Shown here: piece after piece, positions 54,819 through 64,000 of the stretch | Position numbering within the stretch: the first letter of the stretch is position 1 | Layout of the letters: every line of letters starts with the position of its first letter | NCBI GenBank assembly: GCA_965238275.1 | Contig: OZ250186.1 | Coordinates: 256,001 to 320,000, forward strand | DNA: 64,000 nt | Direction: 5' to 3' | Origin: Nitrosopumilus sp. | GTDB taxonomy: Archaea > Thermoproteota > Nitrososphaeria > Nitrososphaerales > Nitrosopumilaceae | Translations under genes and position numbers: made by a program | The notes under the pieces: generated by a model | Told to the model about the DNA's origin: nothing | What the model saw: the letters and a program-made list of their open reading frames with translations, nothing else | The model's database searches: none

Positions 54819-56315
54819 TCAGGACGACACAGTGGCACCCTTACCGCTGCCAACAATCCGGCCCACCTCGTCTCCCAGACCCTCGATGCATGCGCTTATC
54901 CTGTTCTCCCTCTTTGTGAGATCCGTCCGGTACCGTTCTATTGCGGCAACGCGGTCTGATATCATCCTCTTCTGTTCGGCATACCCGGACGAGCCGTACG
55001 AGGTTCTGGCCTTCATGGAGGATGCGACAGTGGTGGAGGATGCTATTCTGGATACAACCTCTGCATCCACCCCTGTGCCCTCGACTGACCCCAGTATGTC
55101 TGCTGCATCAAGCCTCCGAATGGGCCTTTTGGACAGGTGCGCTGCCTGCACCAGGGAGCCTGCAATCTTGTGCGTGATGCGGAACGGGATCCCCTCCAGC
55201 ACCAGCCGCTCTGCTATGTCAAGGGCAATCAGGTTCCCGGATACGGCAGCCTTTCTCATCTGTTTTTCATTCACCCTCATGGTAAGTATCACGGACCGCA
55301 TTACCAGCAGCGCGCTGACTGACATCCTTGAGGCAGCCCAGACAGGCGCCTTTATCTGCTGCAGGTCGCGCCCGTAGCCGGAGGCCAGCCCCTTGAGGGC
55401 GGACAGGACGGCAGTCAGTCCCCCGATGGTGTGGGCAGTCTTGCCGCGGGTCAGCTCCAGTATGTCAGGGTTCTTCTTCTGCGGCATGACGCTTGAGGGG
55501 GACGTGAACTCGTCGGCAAGCTCGACGAATGAAAACTCTGATGTCGACCACACCACAAGGTCCTCTGCCATCCTGCTCAGGTTGGTCATCATAATGGATA
55601 TCATGGCGATGTATTCGGCCACAAAGTCGCGCGTTCCCGTGGCATCCAGGGAGTTCTCCACAAGCCCGTCAAAGCCCAGCATCCGAGCCGTGTCATGCCG
55701 GTCGATTGGAATGCTGGTCCCGCCTGCGGGTCCTGCGCCAAGCGGGCTTTGGTTGACCCTCTCAAACGTTCCGTAAAGCCTTTGAAAGTCCCTCAGCAGG
55801 GCGTCTGCGTGCGCCAGAAGATAGTGCGAGAAGAGTCCGGCCTGTGCCTGCTGGAGGTGCGTGTACAGCGGCATGACTGTCCTCTGGTGGATTCGGGCCA
55901 CCGATATCATGGCCTCTGCCGTATCCAAAAGACACCTGCAGACGGCATTGATATCATCGCGGATCTTCATCCGCATGTCCAGGGCCACCTGGTCGTTCCT
56001 GGAACGGGCAGTGTGCATCCTGCCGCCCGACTCCATCCCGGCCCTTTTAATCACCATGGACTCTATCATCTCGTGGACGTCCTCTGCTGCGCCTGATGTC
56101 GCAGCAGCCTCCCCCTCATTCCGGATATCCTCCAGTGCCGACAGTATCCTCTTCAGATCACGCATCTTCAGTATCCCTTTCCGGTAAAGCATCAGCACGT
56201 GCGCCTGGCTTCCAAGGATGTCATAGTGTATAATCTCAGAGTCGTCCTCAACAGACGAGACGTACCGTAGGGTAACGTCGTCCAGATCATTTCCAAGGCG
56301 GGAACGATACATCAA
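54819..56315 (-). CDS. argH: Argininosuccinate lyase
   Basis: HTARSRNDQ, YTHLQ.AQ and SSVMPQKKNPD signature. Confidence 0.95.
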   Translation of the reverse strand: MMYRSRLGNDLDDVTLRYVSSVEDDSEIIHYDILGSQAHVLMLYRKGILKMRDLKRILSALEDIRNEGEAAATSGAAEDVHEMIESMVIKRAGMESGGRMHTARSRNDQVALDMRMKIRDDINAVCRCLLDTAEAMISVARIHQRTVMPLYTHLQQAQAGLFSHYLLAHADALLRDFQRLYGTFERVNQSPLGAGPAGGTSIPIDRHDTARMLGFDGLVENSLDATGTRDFVAEYIAMISIMMTNLSRMAEDLVVWSTSEFSFVELADEFTSPSSVMPQKKNPDILELTRGKTAHTIGGLTAVLSALKGLASGYGRDLQQIKAPVWAASRMSVSALLVMRSVILTMRVNEKQMRKAAVSGNLIALDIAERLVLEGIPFRITHKIAGSLVQAAHLSKRPIRRLDAADILGSVEGTGVDAEVVSRIASSTTVASSMKARTSYGSSGYAEQKRMISDRVAAIERYRTDLTKRENRISACIEGLGDEVGRIVGSGKGATVSS

Positions 56316-56361
56316 CTATGGTTCTTGAATGGTTATATATAGCATCGACGCTTTTGCCGAC

Positions 56362-56676
56362 ATGAGCCAGGAGATCAAGCAGATGAGGGTAAGGATATTT
56401 GACGAGCTCTCCAAGATAGTGGACCCCGAGATAAACACGTCGATAGTGGATCTGGAACTGATAGACGAAGTCGACATCAAGGACAAGAACGTCAATGTCG
56501 ACTTGCACCTTACAAGCCCGTTCTGCCCTGCGGTGTTTGGTTTCAAGATATGCCAGGACATTCACGACAACCTCCTGAGGGTGGACGGCGTGGACGATGT
56601 CAAGGTAAACGTATCAAACCACTTCATGGCAGAGCAGATCAACAACCAGGTAAACAACAGTCCAAAGCCTGCGTAA
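56362..56676 (+). CDS. DUF59/FeS assembly (metal-sulfur cluster biosynthesis) protein
   Basis: DPEINTSIVDLELI and LTSPFCP motifs. Confidence 0.88.
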   Translation: MSQEIKQMRVRIFDELSKIVDPEINTSIVDLELIDEVDIKDKNVNVDLHLTSPFCPAVFGFKICQDIHDNLLRVDGVDDVKVNVSNHFMAEQINNQVNNSPKPA

Positions 56677-56778
56677 CCATTGCATGCCCGCGTTGTGTGC
56701 AAGACAGCCAATACCGTCAAGTAAATGCAATCCCGTCTCCGGACACGCATTAATTCATGATTCATTCCAGGACGGAAT

Positions 56779-57546
<768 letters not shown>

Positions 57547-57547
57547 G

Positions 57548-57892
57548 CTATGCCATCCCCATGTTGGTCATAATAATTGTTCTAGAGCCGTACGCTATCA
57601 GGGCGAACATGGCTGCAAGGCACCCGTAGGATACTGCCTTCTCATAGACCCTCCCCTGCTTGAGTTCCAGCAGTATCACCCGCAGTCCGTTGAACCCGTG
57701 AACCGATAAAAGTATCAGGATCAGTTCAAGCAGTATCACGTACGGAACAAACCTGTAGTTGGCAAGGACCGTCTCATACTCGAGCGACTCTGCAAACCCC
57801 GTCGTAAGGCGCATCAGCACGTGGACTGCGACCAGGGCGACTGCGGCAAGGGCGGTCCCGTAGTGAATCTTCATTATGACGCTCTCTCTCAT
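57548..57892 (-). CDS. sdhD: Succinate dehydrogenase membrane anchor subunit
   Basis: Three TM helices, HGFNGLR, operon position. Confidence 0.85.
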   Translation of the reverse strand: MRESVIMKIHYGTALAAVALVAVHVLMRLTTGFAESLEYETVLANYRFVPYVILLELILILLSVHGFNGLRVILLELKQGRVYEKAVSYGCLAAMFALIAYGSRTIIMTNMGMA

Positions 57893-57898
57893 CTCATC

Positions 57899-58330
57899 TC
57901 ACTCACCAAACATTACTGCCAGCCCGTACATCATGGCTGCTGCGGCAAGGACTATTGCAGAGTATATCCCTATCTTGTGCCTGTAGTTCTGGGATGCAGG
58001 AGTGTACGGGTAGTCTGGGCGGGCCGGCTTGCCCACGCCTACGCCTCCGTGTCCGAGCATCACCCGGATTCCATTAACCGTATGAAACACGCACATCCCA
58101 ATCACGATTGCCAGCACTATGTGGCCCTCGGTGGTCTGGGTCATGGCAAGGACCTCGTCCCATCCCACCCTGCCGCGCAGTATGTTGCTTGTCTCGTAAA
58201 TGTGCGCAATAAAGTATACCAGGAGGCCCAGCCCGCTGAGCCGCATCAGCCAGTATGCCAGGCGCTCTATTCCGTAGCGGCCCGGATTGGCCATTCCCCC
58301 GATGCCCTCCTTGTGCTCATCCTGTGCCAT
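57899..58330 (-). CDS. sdhC: Succinate dehydrogenase cytochrome b subunit
   Basis: RLSG, FHTVNGIR, TM helices. Confidence 0.85.
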   Translation of the reverse strand: MAQDEHKEGIGGMANPGRYGIERLAYWLMRLSGLGLLVYFIAHIYETSNILRGRVGWDEVLAMTQTTEGHIVLAIVIGMCVFHTVNGIRVMLGHGGVGVGKPARPDYPYTPASQNYRHKIGIYSAIVLAAAAMMYGLAVMFGE

Positions 58331-60043
58331 CTAGTATCTTCTCTCCACGGGCTTGTATCTGGTGATTGTGACCGGGTACTTTTTCATTATGGGCGCCTCA
58401 GGATCATAGTAGGCAAGGGTATGGTGTAAAAAGCTTGCATCGTCACGCTGGGCATAGTCGATCCTTGCGTGCGCCCCGCGGGACTCCCTTCTGTTTATTG
58501 CGCCAATCAGCACGATCTCGGCCACCCTGAACATAGAGTCAAGCTCCATGACGTTTTCAAAGTTGGTGTTGTACTCCTTTGCCTTGTCATCCACATGTCT
58601 CCATGACTGCCCCCTCAGCTGGCGGATCCTTTTGAGCCCGTCTACAAGATCCCTCTCGTTCCTGTACACGTATGCCTTGTCATTCATGGTATCGGTCAGC
58701 TGCTGCCTTATCTCATACGGATTGTCATGGCCGCCGCCCCGGAATATTCCGTCGTAGATGCGCTTCTCCTCTGCTGCCACCAGGTGGTGCGGCCACGGGT
58801 CGGCGCCGGTCTGCTTCTGCGCATACTCTGCTGCCAGCTCCCCGGTAATCTTTCCCCACACTATACACTCGGATGTGGAGTTTGCCCCAAGCCGGTTTGA
58901 GCCGTGGACGCTGTTGCATGCAGCCTCGCCGGCGGCCCACACGCCCTGGATCTCCGTTGCCCCCTCGATGTCGGTGTGAATGCCGCCCATCATGTAATGG
59001 CAGACCGGCCGTACGTCAAGCAGATCCTGCGCCGGATCGATTCCGGAGAACTTGATGGAGATCTCCCGGATGCCGCCAAGCTTCTCCTTTATCTGCTCAT
59101 CCCCGATATGCCTAAGATCAAGCTTCATGCAGTCGACGCCGGTCTCGTGCTTGAACCCGCGTCCCTCCTGAATCTCAGTCATGATTGCACGCGAGACGAT
59201 GTCCCGCGGTGCCAGTTCCATCTTTTCTGCAGCGTACTTTTTCATGAACCGCTCGCCGCCTGAGTTGAGCAGGTGTCCGCCCTCCCCCCTTGCGCCCTCG
59301 GTAATCAGTATCCCGGAGGGCATTATCCCGGTGGGGTGAAACTGCACAAACTCCATGTCCTTGAGGGCCATTCCCGAGCGCAGTCCCATGTCCAGGCCGT
59401 CAGGCGTGGAGGAGAGGGCATAGGTCGAAAAACTGTACATCCTTCCGGCGCCGCCGGTTGCAATTATCATGGCCTTGGCCCTGATGGTATAGAATGTGCC
59501 AGACGCAAGCTCTATTGCAGTAATCCCCATAAACTTCCGCCCGTCGTGTATTATGGAGGTTGCAAACCATTCGTTAAGATACTCTATACTGTCAAACCTC
59601 TGGCACGTGTCATACAGCGTCTGCATCTCAAAAAAGCCCACCTTGTCTGATGCATATGTGGCCCGCGGAAAGCTGTACCCGCCAAAGTTTCGCTGGTCTA
59701 TCCTGCCGTCGTCCCTCCGAGACCACGGCATCCCCCAGTGGTCCATCTGGTAGATCTCCCCTGAGATCTCAGTGCAGAGCCTCTCTGCGACGTCCTGGTC
59801 TGCAAGAAAGTCGCTCCCCTTGACGGTGTCATATATGTGGGACTCGACAGTGTCCCCCTCGTCATCAAACAGGACGGCCGCGGTGCCTCCCTCTGCAGAG
59901 ACGGAGTGTGATCGCATAACCTGCAGCTTTGAGACTATTCCAATCCTGAGGTTTGGGGCCTTTTGAGCAGCCGCGATTGCCGCGCGCAGGCCGGCAAGTC
60001 CGGAGCCGCACACCAATAGATCAAAATCTATGGAATCCGCCAT
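58331..60043 (-). CDS. sdhA: Succinate dehydrogenase flavoprotein subunit
   Basis: GSGLAG, RSHSVSAEGG, QFHPTG and HGSNRLGANS motifs. Confidence 0.96.
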   Translation of the reverse strand: MADSIDFDLLVCGSGLAGLRAAIAAAQKAPNLRIGIVSKLQVMRSHSVSAEGGTAAVLFDDEGDTVESHIYDTVKGSDFLADQDVAERLCTEISGEIYQMDHWGMPWSRRDDGRIDQRNFGGYSFPRATYASDKVGFFEMQTLYDTCQRFDSIEYLNEWFATSIIHDGRKFMGITAIELASGTFYTIRAKAMIIATGGAGRMYSFSTYALSSTPDGLDMGLRSGMALKDMEFVQFHPTGIMPSGILITEGARGEGGHLLNSGGERFMKKYAAEKMELAPRDIVSRAIMTEIQEGRGFKHETGVDCMKLDLRHIGDEQIKEKLGGIREISIKFSGIDPAQDLLDVRPVCHYMMGGIHTDIEGATEIQGVWAAGEAACNSVHGSNRLGANSTSECIVWGKITGELAAEYAQKQTGADPWPHHLVAAEEKRIYDGIFRGGGHDNPYEIRQQLTDTMNDKAYVYRNERDLVDGLKRIRQLRGQSWRHVDDKAKEYNTNFENVMELDSMFRVAEIVLIGAINRRESRGAHARIDYAQRDDASFLHHTLAYYDPEAPIMKKYPVTITRYKPVERRY

Positions 60044-60130
60044 TTTCTAAGACAGGCTTGTTTGGTACAGGATAAATATGTAATAACCTCCAGATGGGAA
60101 GATTAAAATATATCGCTACTGATATCGCTA

Positions 60131-60631
60131 GTGATGATTTCTGACTGGTTCCAGAGGGTGGGAAGTTCTGTTCCCAGGGGGTTCTCGCGATACTATGTCC
60201 TGGAACTGCTCAAGACAAAACCGCACACCGGAAAGGAGATAATCGACCATGCAGCAGAGCAGAGCAACGGGATGTGGAAGCCCTCGCCGGGGCTTGTCTA
60301 TCCGCTGCTAGGCAGGCTGCTTGAGGAGAAACTGATCGAGGAGACGCCCGACGGAAGATACCAGGTTACGGCAAGGGGCATGGAGACTGCAGGAGACATA
60401 GACAAGATAAACGAGACTGTCAGGAGGCAGCTGGACGTGCTGCTGAGGCTGGGAAACGTCGGAAGGTTTGTGGCAATGGATCTTCTCGAGAGGATATCAA
60501 TGATGGGTGCGGTTCTAAGCGCCAACATGGAAAGCATCACCGACGAGGAAAAGGAGAGGTACAGGGAATTCCTCAGGGACGAGCTTGACAAGATTGACGG
60601 CAAGGATGCAAAGGAGATCAAGGTAGAGTAG
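60131..60631 (+). CDS. PadR-family transcriptional regulator
   Basis: WKPSPGLVYPLL..L...LI...Y..T..G motif. Confidence 0.88.
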   Translation: MMISDWFQRVGSSVPRGFSRYYVLELLKTKPHTGKEIIDHAAEQSNGMWKPSPGLVYPLLGRLLEEKLIEETPDGRYQVTARGMETAGDIDKINETVRRQLDVLLRLGNVGRFVAMDLLERISMMGAVLSANMESITDEEKERYREFLRDELDKIDGKDAKEIKVE

Positions 60632-60710
60632 ACGGTCCTTTTTTCATCAGACTGTCAACAATGTCATATACTGTGTTGCTCACCACATTCTGATGGACAG
60701 GAAGATCCTA

Positions 60711-62221
60711 TAGTGAAAAGCGAAAGTTCGTGCAATTTTTTGAGATCCTTTTTAAGAAAATAAATCTCAACTACAGGTATGATTGTCAGTAAAATCATCA
60801 AGATAACACAATCTCGGGAACTGTCACGCAAGATCGTGAAATGCTCCCGGGAAACAGACATCGTTTACGACATGACAATCATGATGAAACTTGCACATCC
60901 CGGGATCACACAGTTTGATGTCAACAACCTGATAACAGGATGGCGCAGGGAATTCAACCTGACCAGCAGCGTCTACATGCATGAGGCCGCCTCAAAACAG
61001 GCTTTCCAGGCGGCAGTCAAATTCCGCAAGGCAAACCGGCTCAAGCACAACAAGCGCATCTGGCGCAAGAAACAGATCAAGCTGGGGAAAAAGAAGACGT
61101 ACAAGCACAATCGGTGGACCGAGCCGTCCAGCCTGATGAGGCGCGGCAGGAAAACAACCAGGCTGCGCTCGCTGAATTCACGCGGAAAGCCAAAACTGCG
61201 GGACGACGGCACCGTATTTCTGCCCGGACTCGGGGAAGCAAGGCCACGCACGAAGGTTCCAGAAGGCAGGCTCGTGTCATTCCAGATGATTGACACCACA
61301 GGCAAGGTCACGCGTAAGACCAAGGATGGTGATCGCGAATTCAAACTGCATTTGCAGATAGAAGTCCCAGACCCCGAACCCGCGACAGGTGGTGGTGGCC
61401 GCGGATGCAAGGCAGGGCTGGATCTTGGAGTCAGGCACCTTGCGGCAGTCGCAGACGAGCATGGGAATGAAAAACTGCACAATGTCCCCGGAGGCTGCAA
61501 GAGGCATGACGGCGACAGGATTGATCAGCTGAAATCGCTTAGATCAAGATGCCAGGCAGGCTCCAGAAGATGGAAAGAGATCGGCCGCAAGGTAACGCAT
61601 GAATTGAAAAAGATATCAAACAGGCAAAAACACAACGAGGCCGACATTGCCAGGCGGATAACAAAAGGACTGTCCGTATTGTTCTTGGAAGACCTGGATT
61701 TGACCAGGATGAGGAGATCCAACGGGGCGGCTTCAAAGACGGGGTTGAACCGCGAGATGGCCTATTCCAGAATGGGCGAGTTCAGGATCCAGCTTGAATG
61801 GCAGATGAAAAAGAAAGGCGGAATTTCAAGACGCGTGGAATCCGCACATACAAGCCAGAGATGCGCTGCCTGCGGGGTAGTGGACAAAAAGTCCAGGAAC
61901 GGTGAATCATTTGTCTGCGTCTCATGCGGATGGTGCCACCATGCCGACAAGAACGCGGCAAAAAACATTTTGGATAATGACTGTCTCCATACGGAGGAGA
62001 CTGGCGGCCAAGCCCACGGGAATCGTGGAGGCACCATTGCAGGTGTCGAGGTCGTCACAAGGCGCGAGGATCACGGATCGGATGGTTCTGGAATGAACAA
62101 TTCGACAGGTCGGCTTGGACCCGACAACGACGACAATATTGGAAGGTCTGACAGAGCGCCGGAAAGAGCATCAGGACATGCTACAGAGAGATCTGTTTGC
62201 ACGAATTTTCGCTCGCCGCTA
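60711..62221 (+). mobile_element. Non-autonomous tnpB element with imperfect 25-bp TIRs and a TA duplication at a CTAG site
   Basis: Left end TAGTGAAAAGCGAAAGTTCGTGCAA; right end (revcomp) TAGCGGCGAGCGAAAATTCGTGCAA; excision restores the carbonic anhydrase frame. Confidence 0.75.
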
Positions 62222-62224
62222 TAG
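60779..62224 (+). CDS. tnpB: RNA-guided endonuclease TnpB
   Basis: RuvC GLDLG / FLEDL / HADKNAA; TSQRCAACG..CVSCG zinc ribbon. Confidence 0.9.
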   Translation: MIVSKIIKITQSRELSRKIVKCSRETDIVYDMTIMMKLAHPGITQFDVNNLITGWRREFNLTSSVYMHEAASKQAFQAAVKFRKANRLKHNKRIWRKKQIKLGKKKTYKHNRWTEPSSLMRRGRKTTRLRSLNSRGKPKLRDDGTVFLPGLGEARPRTKVPEGRLVSFQMIDTTGKVTRKTKDGDREFKLHLQIEVPDPEPATGGGGRGCKAGLDLGVRHLAAVADEHGNEKLHNVPGGCKRHDGDRIDQLKSLRSRCQAGSRRWKEIGRKVTHELKKISNRQKHNEADIARRITKGLSVLFLEDLDLTRMRRSNGAASKTGLNREMAYSRMGEFRIQLEWQMKKKGGISRRVESAHTSQRCAACGVVDKKSRNGESFVCVSCGWCHHADKNAAKNILDNDCLHTEETGGQAHGNRGGTIAGVEVVTRREDHGSDGSGMNNSTGRLGPDNDDNIGRSDRAPERASGHATERSVCTNFRSPL

Positions 62225-63057
62225 TAGCCGTAATAATTGCAATTCTTGCAGTATTGGTGATAGATGTGATGACCTCGATGCTTCAGTCTGAAGAGGCAGG
62301 AACCGGCATGCAGACAGGACAGGAGACGGCCGGACTCCAATGGACAAACGTCCATCCCAACGTACAGACGACCTTCAACGAGGATGCGGCAATGCCTGCC
62401 ATTGAATCCGGCGCATTCATTCATCCGTTTGCAGTGGTTATCGGGAACTGCCATATTGGAGAGATGGTCTTTGTCGCACCCACTGCAGTATGCAGGGGGG
62501 ACGAGGGGACGCCGATTCGCGTGGGGGACGGATCCAACATGCAGGACGGGGTGGTGATCCACGCACTAGGGACAGTCGAGGACGGACGCAACATCGATGA
62601 CCGCCGGTTCTCGTCTGAGGGTACCAGGCTGAAAGGGGACGATCCGGCGTTTGCAGACGGCTACGCCGTCTTTGTCGGGGACAACACGAGCCTTGCGCAT
62701 GGCGCCATGATTCACGGACCGGCATGGATTGGAGACAACACGTTTGTCGGGATGGAGGCGCTCGTGTTTAATGCAAGGATCGGAGACGGGGTTGCAGTGG
62801 GGGTGTCTGCCACCGTTACAGGCGGCGTCGAGATAGCCGACGGCAGGTTCGTGCCGCCGGGCGCGGTGATCACCACGCAGGAACAGGCAGATTCGCTGCC
62901 CGAGCGTGTCGGGAGCGCGTACGAGGCCACAAACAGCGCGATAATTCACGTCAACCGGCAGCTTGCAGAGGGGTACGGCCTTTTGGACATTGAGAGGTTG
63001 ATAGAGCAGCGCGAAAAGGCCATGGAAGAGGGAATGTTGGAGACATCCCTACCGTAA
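62197..63057 (+). CDS. Gamma-class carbonic anhydrase with signal/anchor; native start (ATG 60693) separated by the tnpB element
   Basis: Hexapeptide repeats; RGDEG, QDGVVIH and LAHGAMIHGP motifs. Confidence 0.85.
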   Translation: MHEFSLAAIVAVIIAILAVLVIDVMTSMLQSEEAGTGMQTGQETAGLQWTNVHPNVQTTFNEDAAMPAIESGAFIHPFAVVIGNCHIGEMVFVAPTAVCRGDEGTPIRVGDGSNMQDGVVIHALGTVEDGRNIDDRRFSSEGTRLKGDDPAFADGYAVFVGDNTSLAHGAMIHGPAWIGDNTFVGMEALVFNARIGDGVAVGVSATVTGGVEIADGRFVPPGAVITTQEQADSLPERVGSAYEATNSAIIHVNRQLAEGYGLLDIERLIEQREKAMEEGMLETSLP

Positions 63058-63129
63058 GCCTTTGCCTAAAAGTCACACAGCCAGGATACGCCCTTAAAGT
63101 CATAAATAACTCCATGGCAAACCCAATCT

Positions 63130-63990
63130 GTGAAAACGCTGCGCAGGATGCTCAAGGATGACGGACCGCTGGTCATTCCAGGCGTCTATGACGCAATGGG
63201 TGCAAAGATTGCAGAGAAGGTCGGGTTTGGGGCGATGTTCCAGACCGGGTACGGCACGTCTGCAACCCTGTTTGGAATGCCAGACTACGGGTTCATCGGG
63301 GCAGCAGAGACTGCAGACAATGCCAGGAGGATATGCAGCGCGGTATCGGTTCCGGTAATCGTGGATTCTGACACCGGTTACGGCAACGCGCTGAGTGTGT
63401 GGAAGCTTGTAAGGGAGCTGGAGTCGGCCGGGGCATCGGGGATCTTTTTGGAGGATCAGAGATGGCCCAAGAGGTGCGGGCACATGCAGGGAAAGGAGGT
63501 CATACCGCAGGAGGAGTACACGGAGAAGCTCGGAGCCGCCATTGACGCAAGGCAGAGCAGGGACTTTGTCATAGTGGCAAGGACCGACGCGCGTGCCACC
63601 GACGGGCTTGATGCTGCAATCCAGCGCGGACTGGAAAACAAGAAGACGGGCGCCGATGCCATCTTCATCGAGGCACCAAGGTCGTATGACGAGATGAAGA
63701 GGATTGGAAGGGAGATCAAGGCGCCGCTTGTTGCAAACATGATCGAGGGAGGGGCGACGCCGCTGCGGCAGGCCCAGGAACTCTCCGAGATTGGATTCAA
63801 GATAGTTCTGTATCCGCTGTCCGTGCTGTTTGCAAGCACGTTTGCTGCCATGGGCGTCCTAAAGGAGCTCATGGAGACGGGGACCACCGGGAAGTTCAGG
63901 AGAAAGATGGTGGGCTTTGACCAGTTCAACGACATGGTGGATCTTTCAAAATTCAAGGACATGGAACAGAGATACGGATTTAAAGAATAA
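63130..63990 (+). CDS. Isocitrate lyase/PEP mutase family protein (methylisocitrate lyase-like)
   Basis: DSDTGYG, EDQ..PKRCGH and ARTDA motifs. Confidence 0.88.
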   Translation: MKTLRRMLKDDGPLVIPGVYDAMGAKIAEKVGFGAMFQTGYGTSATLFGMPDYGFIGAAETADNARRICSAVSVPVIVDSDTGYGNALSVWKLVRELESAGASGIFLEDQRWPKRCGHMQGKEVIPQEEYTEKLGAAIDARQSRDFVIVARTDARATDGLDAAIQRGLENKKTGADAIFIEAPRSYDEMKRIGREIKAPLVANMIEGGATPLRQAQELSEIGFKIVLYPLSVLFASTFAAMGVLKELMETGTTGKFRRKMVGFDQFNDMVDLSKFKDMEQRYGFKE

Positions 63991-64000
63991 AAGAAAAAGT

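Noticed and set aside
60661-62214. IStron or bulge-helix-bulge intron in the carbonic anhydrase gene using GCTC junctions and ATG 60661
   Set aside because: The left leader is too short for a group I intron and no convincing BHB forms; the TIR/TA parse gives a better signal peptide.

Overview
This 64-kb window is most likely from an ammonia-oxidising archaeon (Nitrosopumilaceae/Thaumarchaeota). The inference rests on a thaumarchaeal IP.WVKN.A..W..G.ISD..F surface-protein motif, an archaeal-type tRNA-Lys and the argH-DUF59-sdhBDCA-PadR block. The very high IS load suggests a host-associated lineage (inference). About 52 kb (2359-54773) is an integrated element at tRNA-Lys(UUU), bounded by a 13-bp direct repeat (CCTTTAGACCCGC), with a tyrosine integrase split by an IS. 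It carries roughly 20 intact, nested or decayed IS elements (IS5, IS66, ISH3, IS630, IS481, IS110, a tnpB remnant). Its cargo includes a PLD-SNF2 helicase plus a frameshifted type IIG-like methylase, a DUF488 gene pair and a VirD4/HerA-like ATPase. It also carries a ubiquitin-like conjugation operon (Ubl, E2, JAB-E1) ending in a TIR gene, divergent from an HFX_2341-type regulator. Two paralogous AbrB-headed non-coding modules share an exact 20-bp motif and carry regularly spaced arrays of sequence-variable perfect hairpins. Core genes resume at argH. A tnpB gene bounded by IS630-like inverted repeats and a TA duplication interrupts the signal peptide of a gamma carbonic anhydrase. All calls come from motif reading by eye; no database searches were run.
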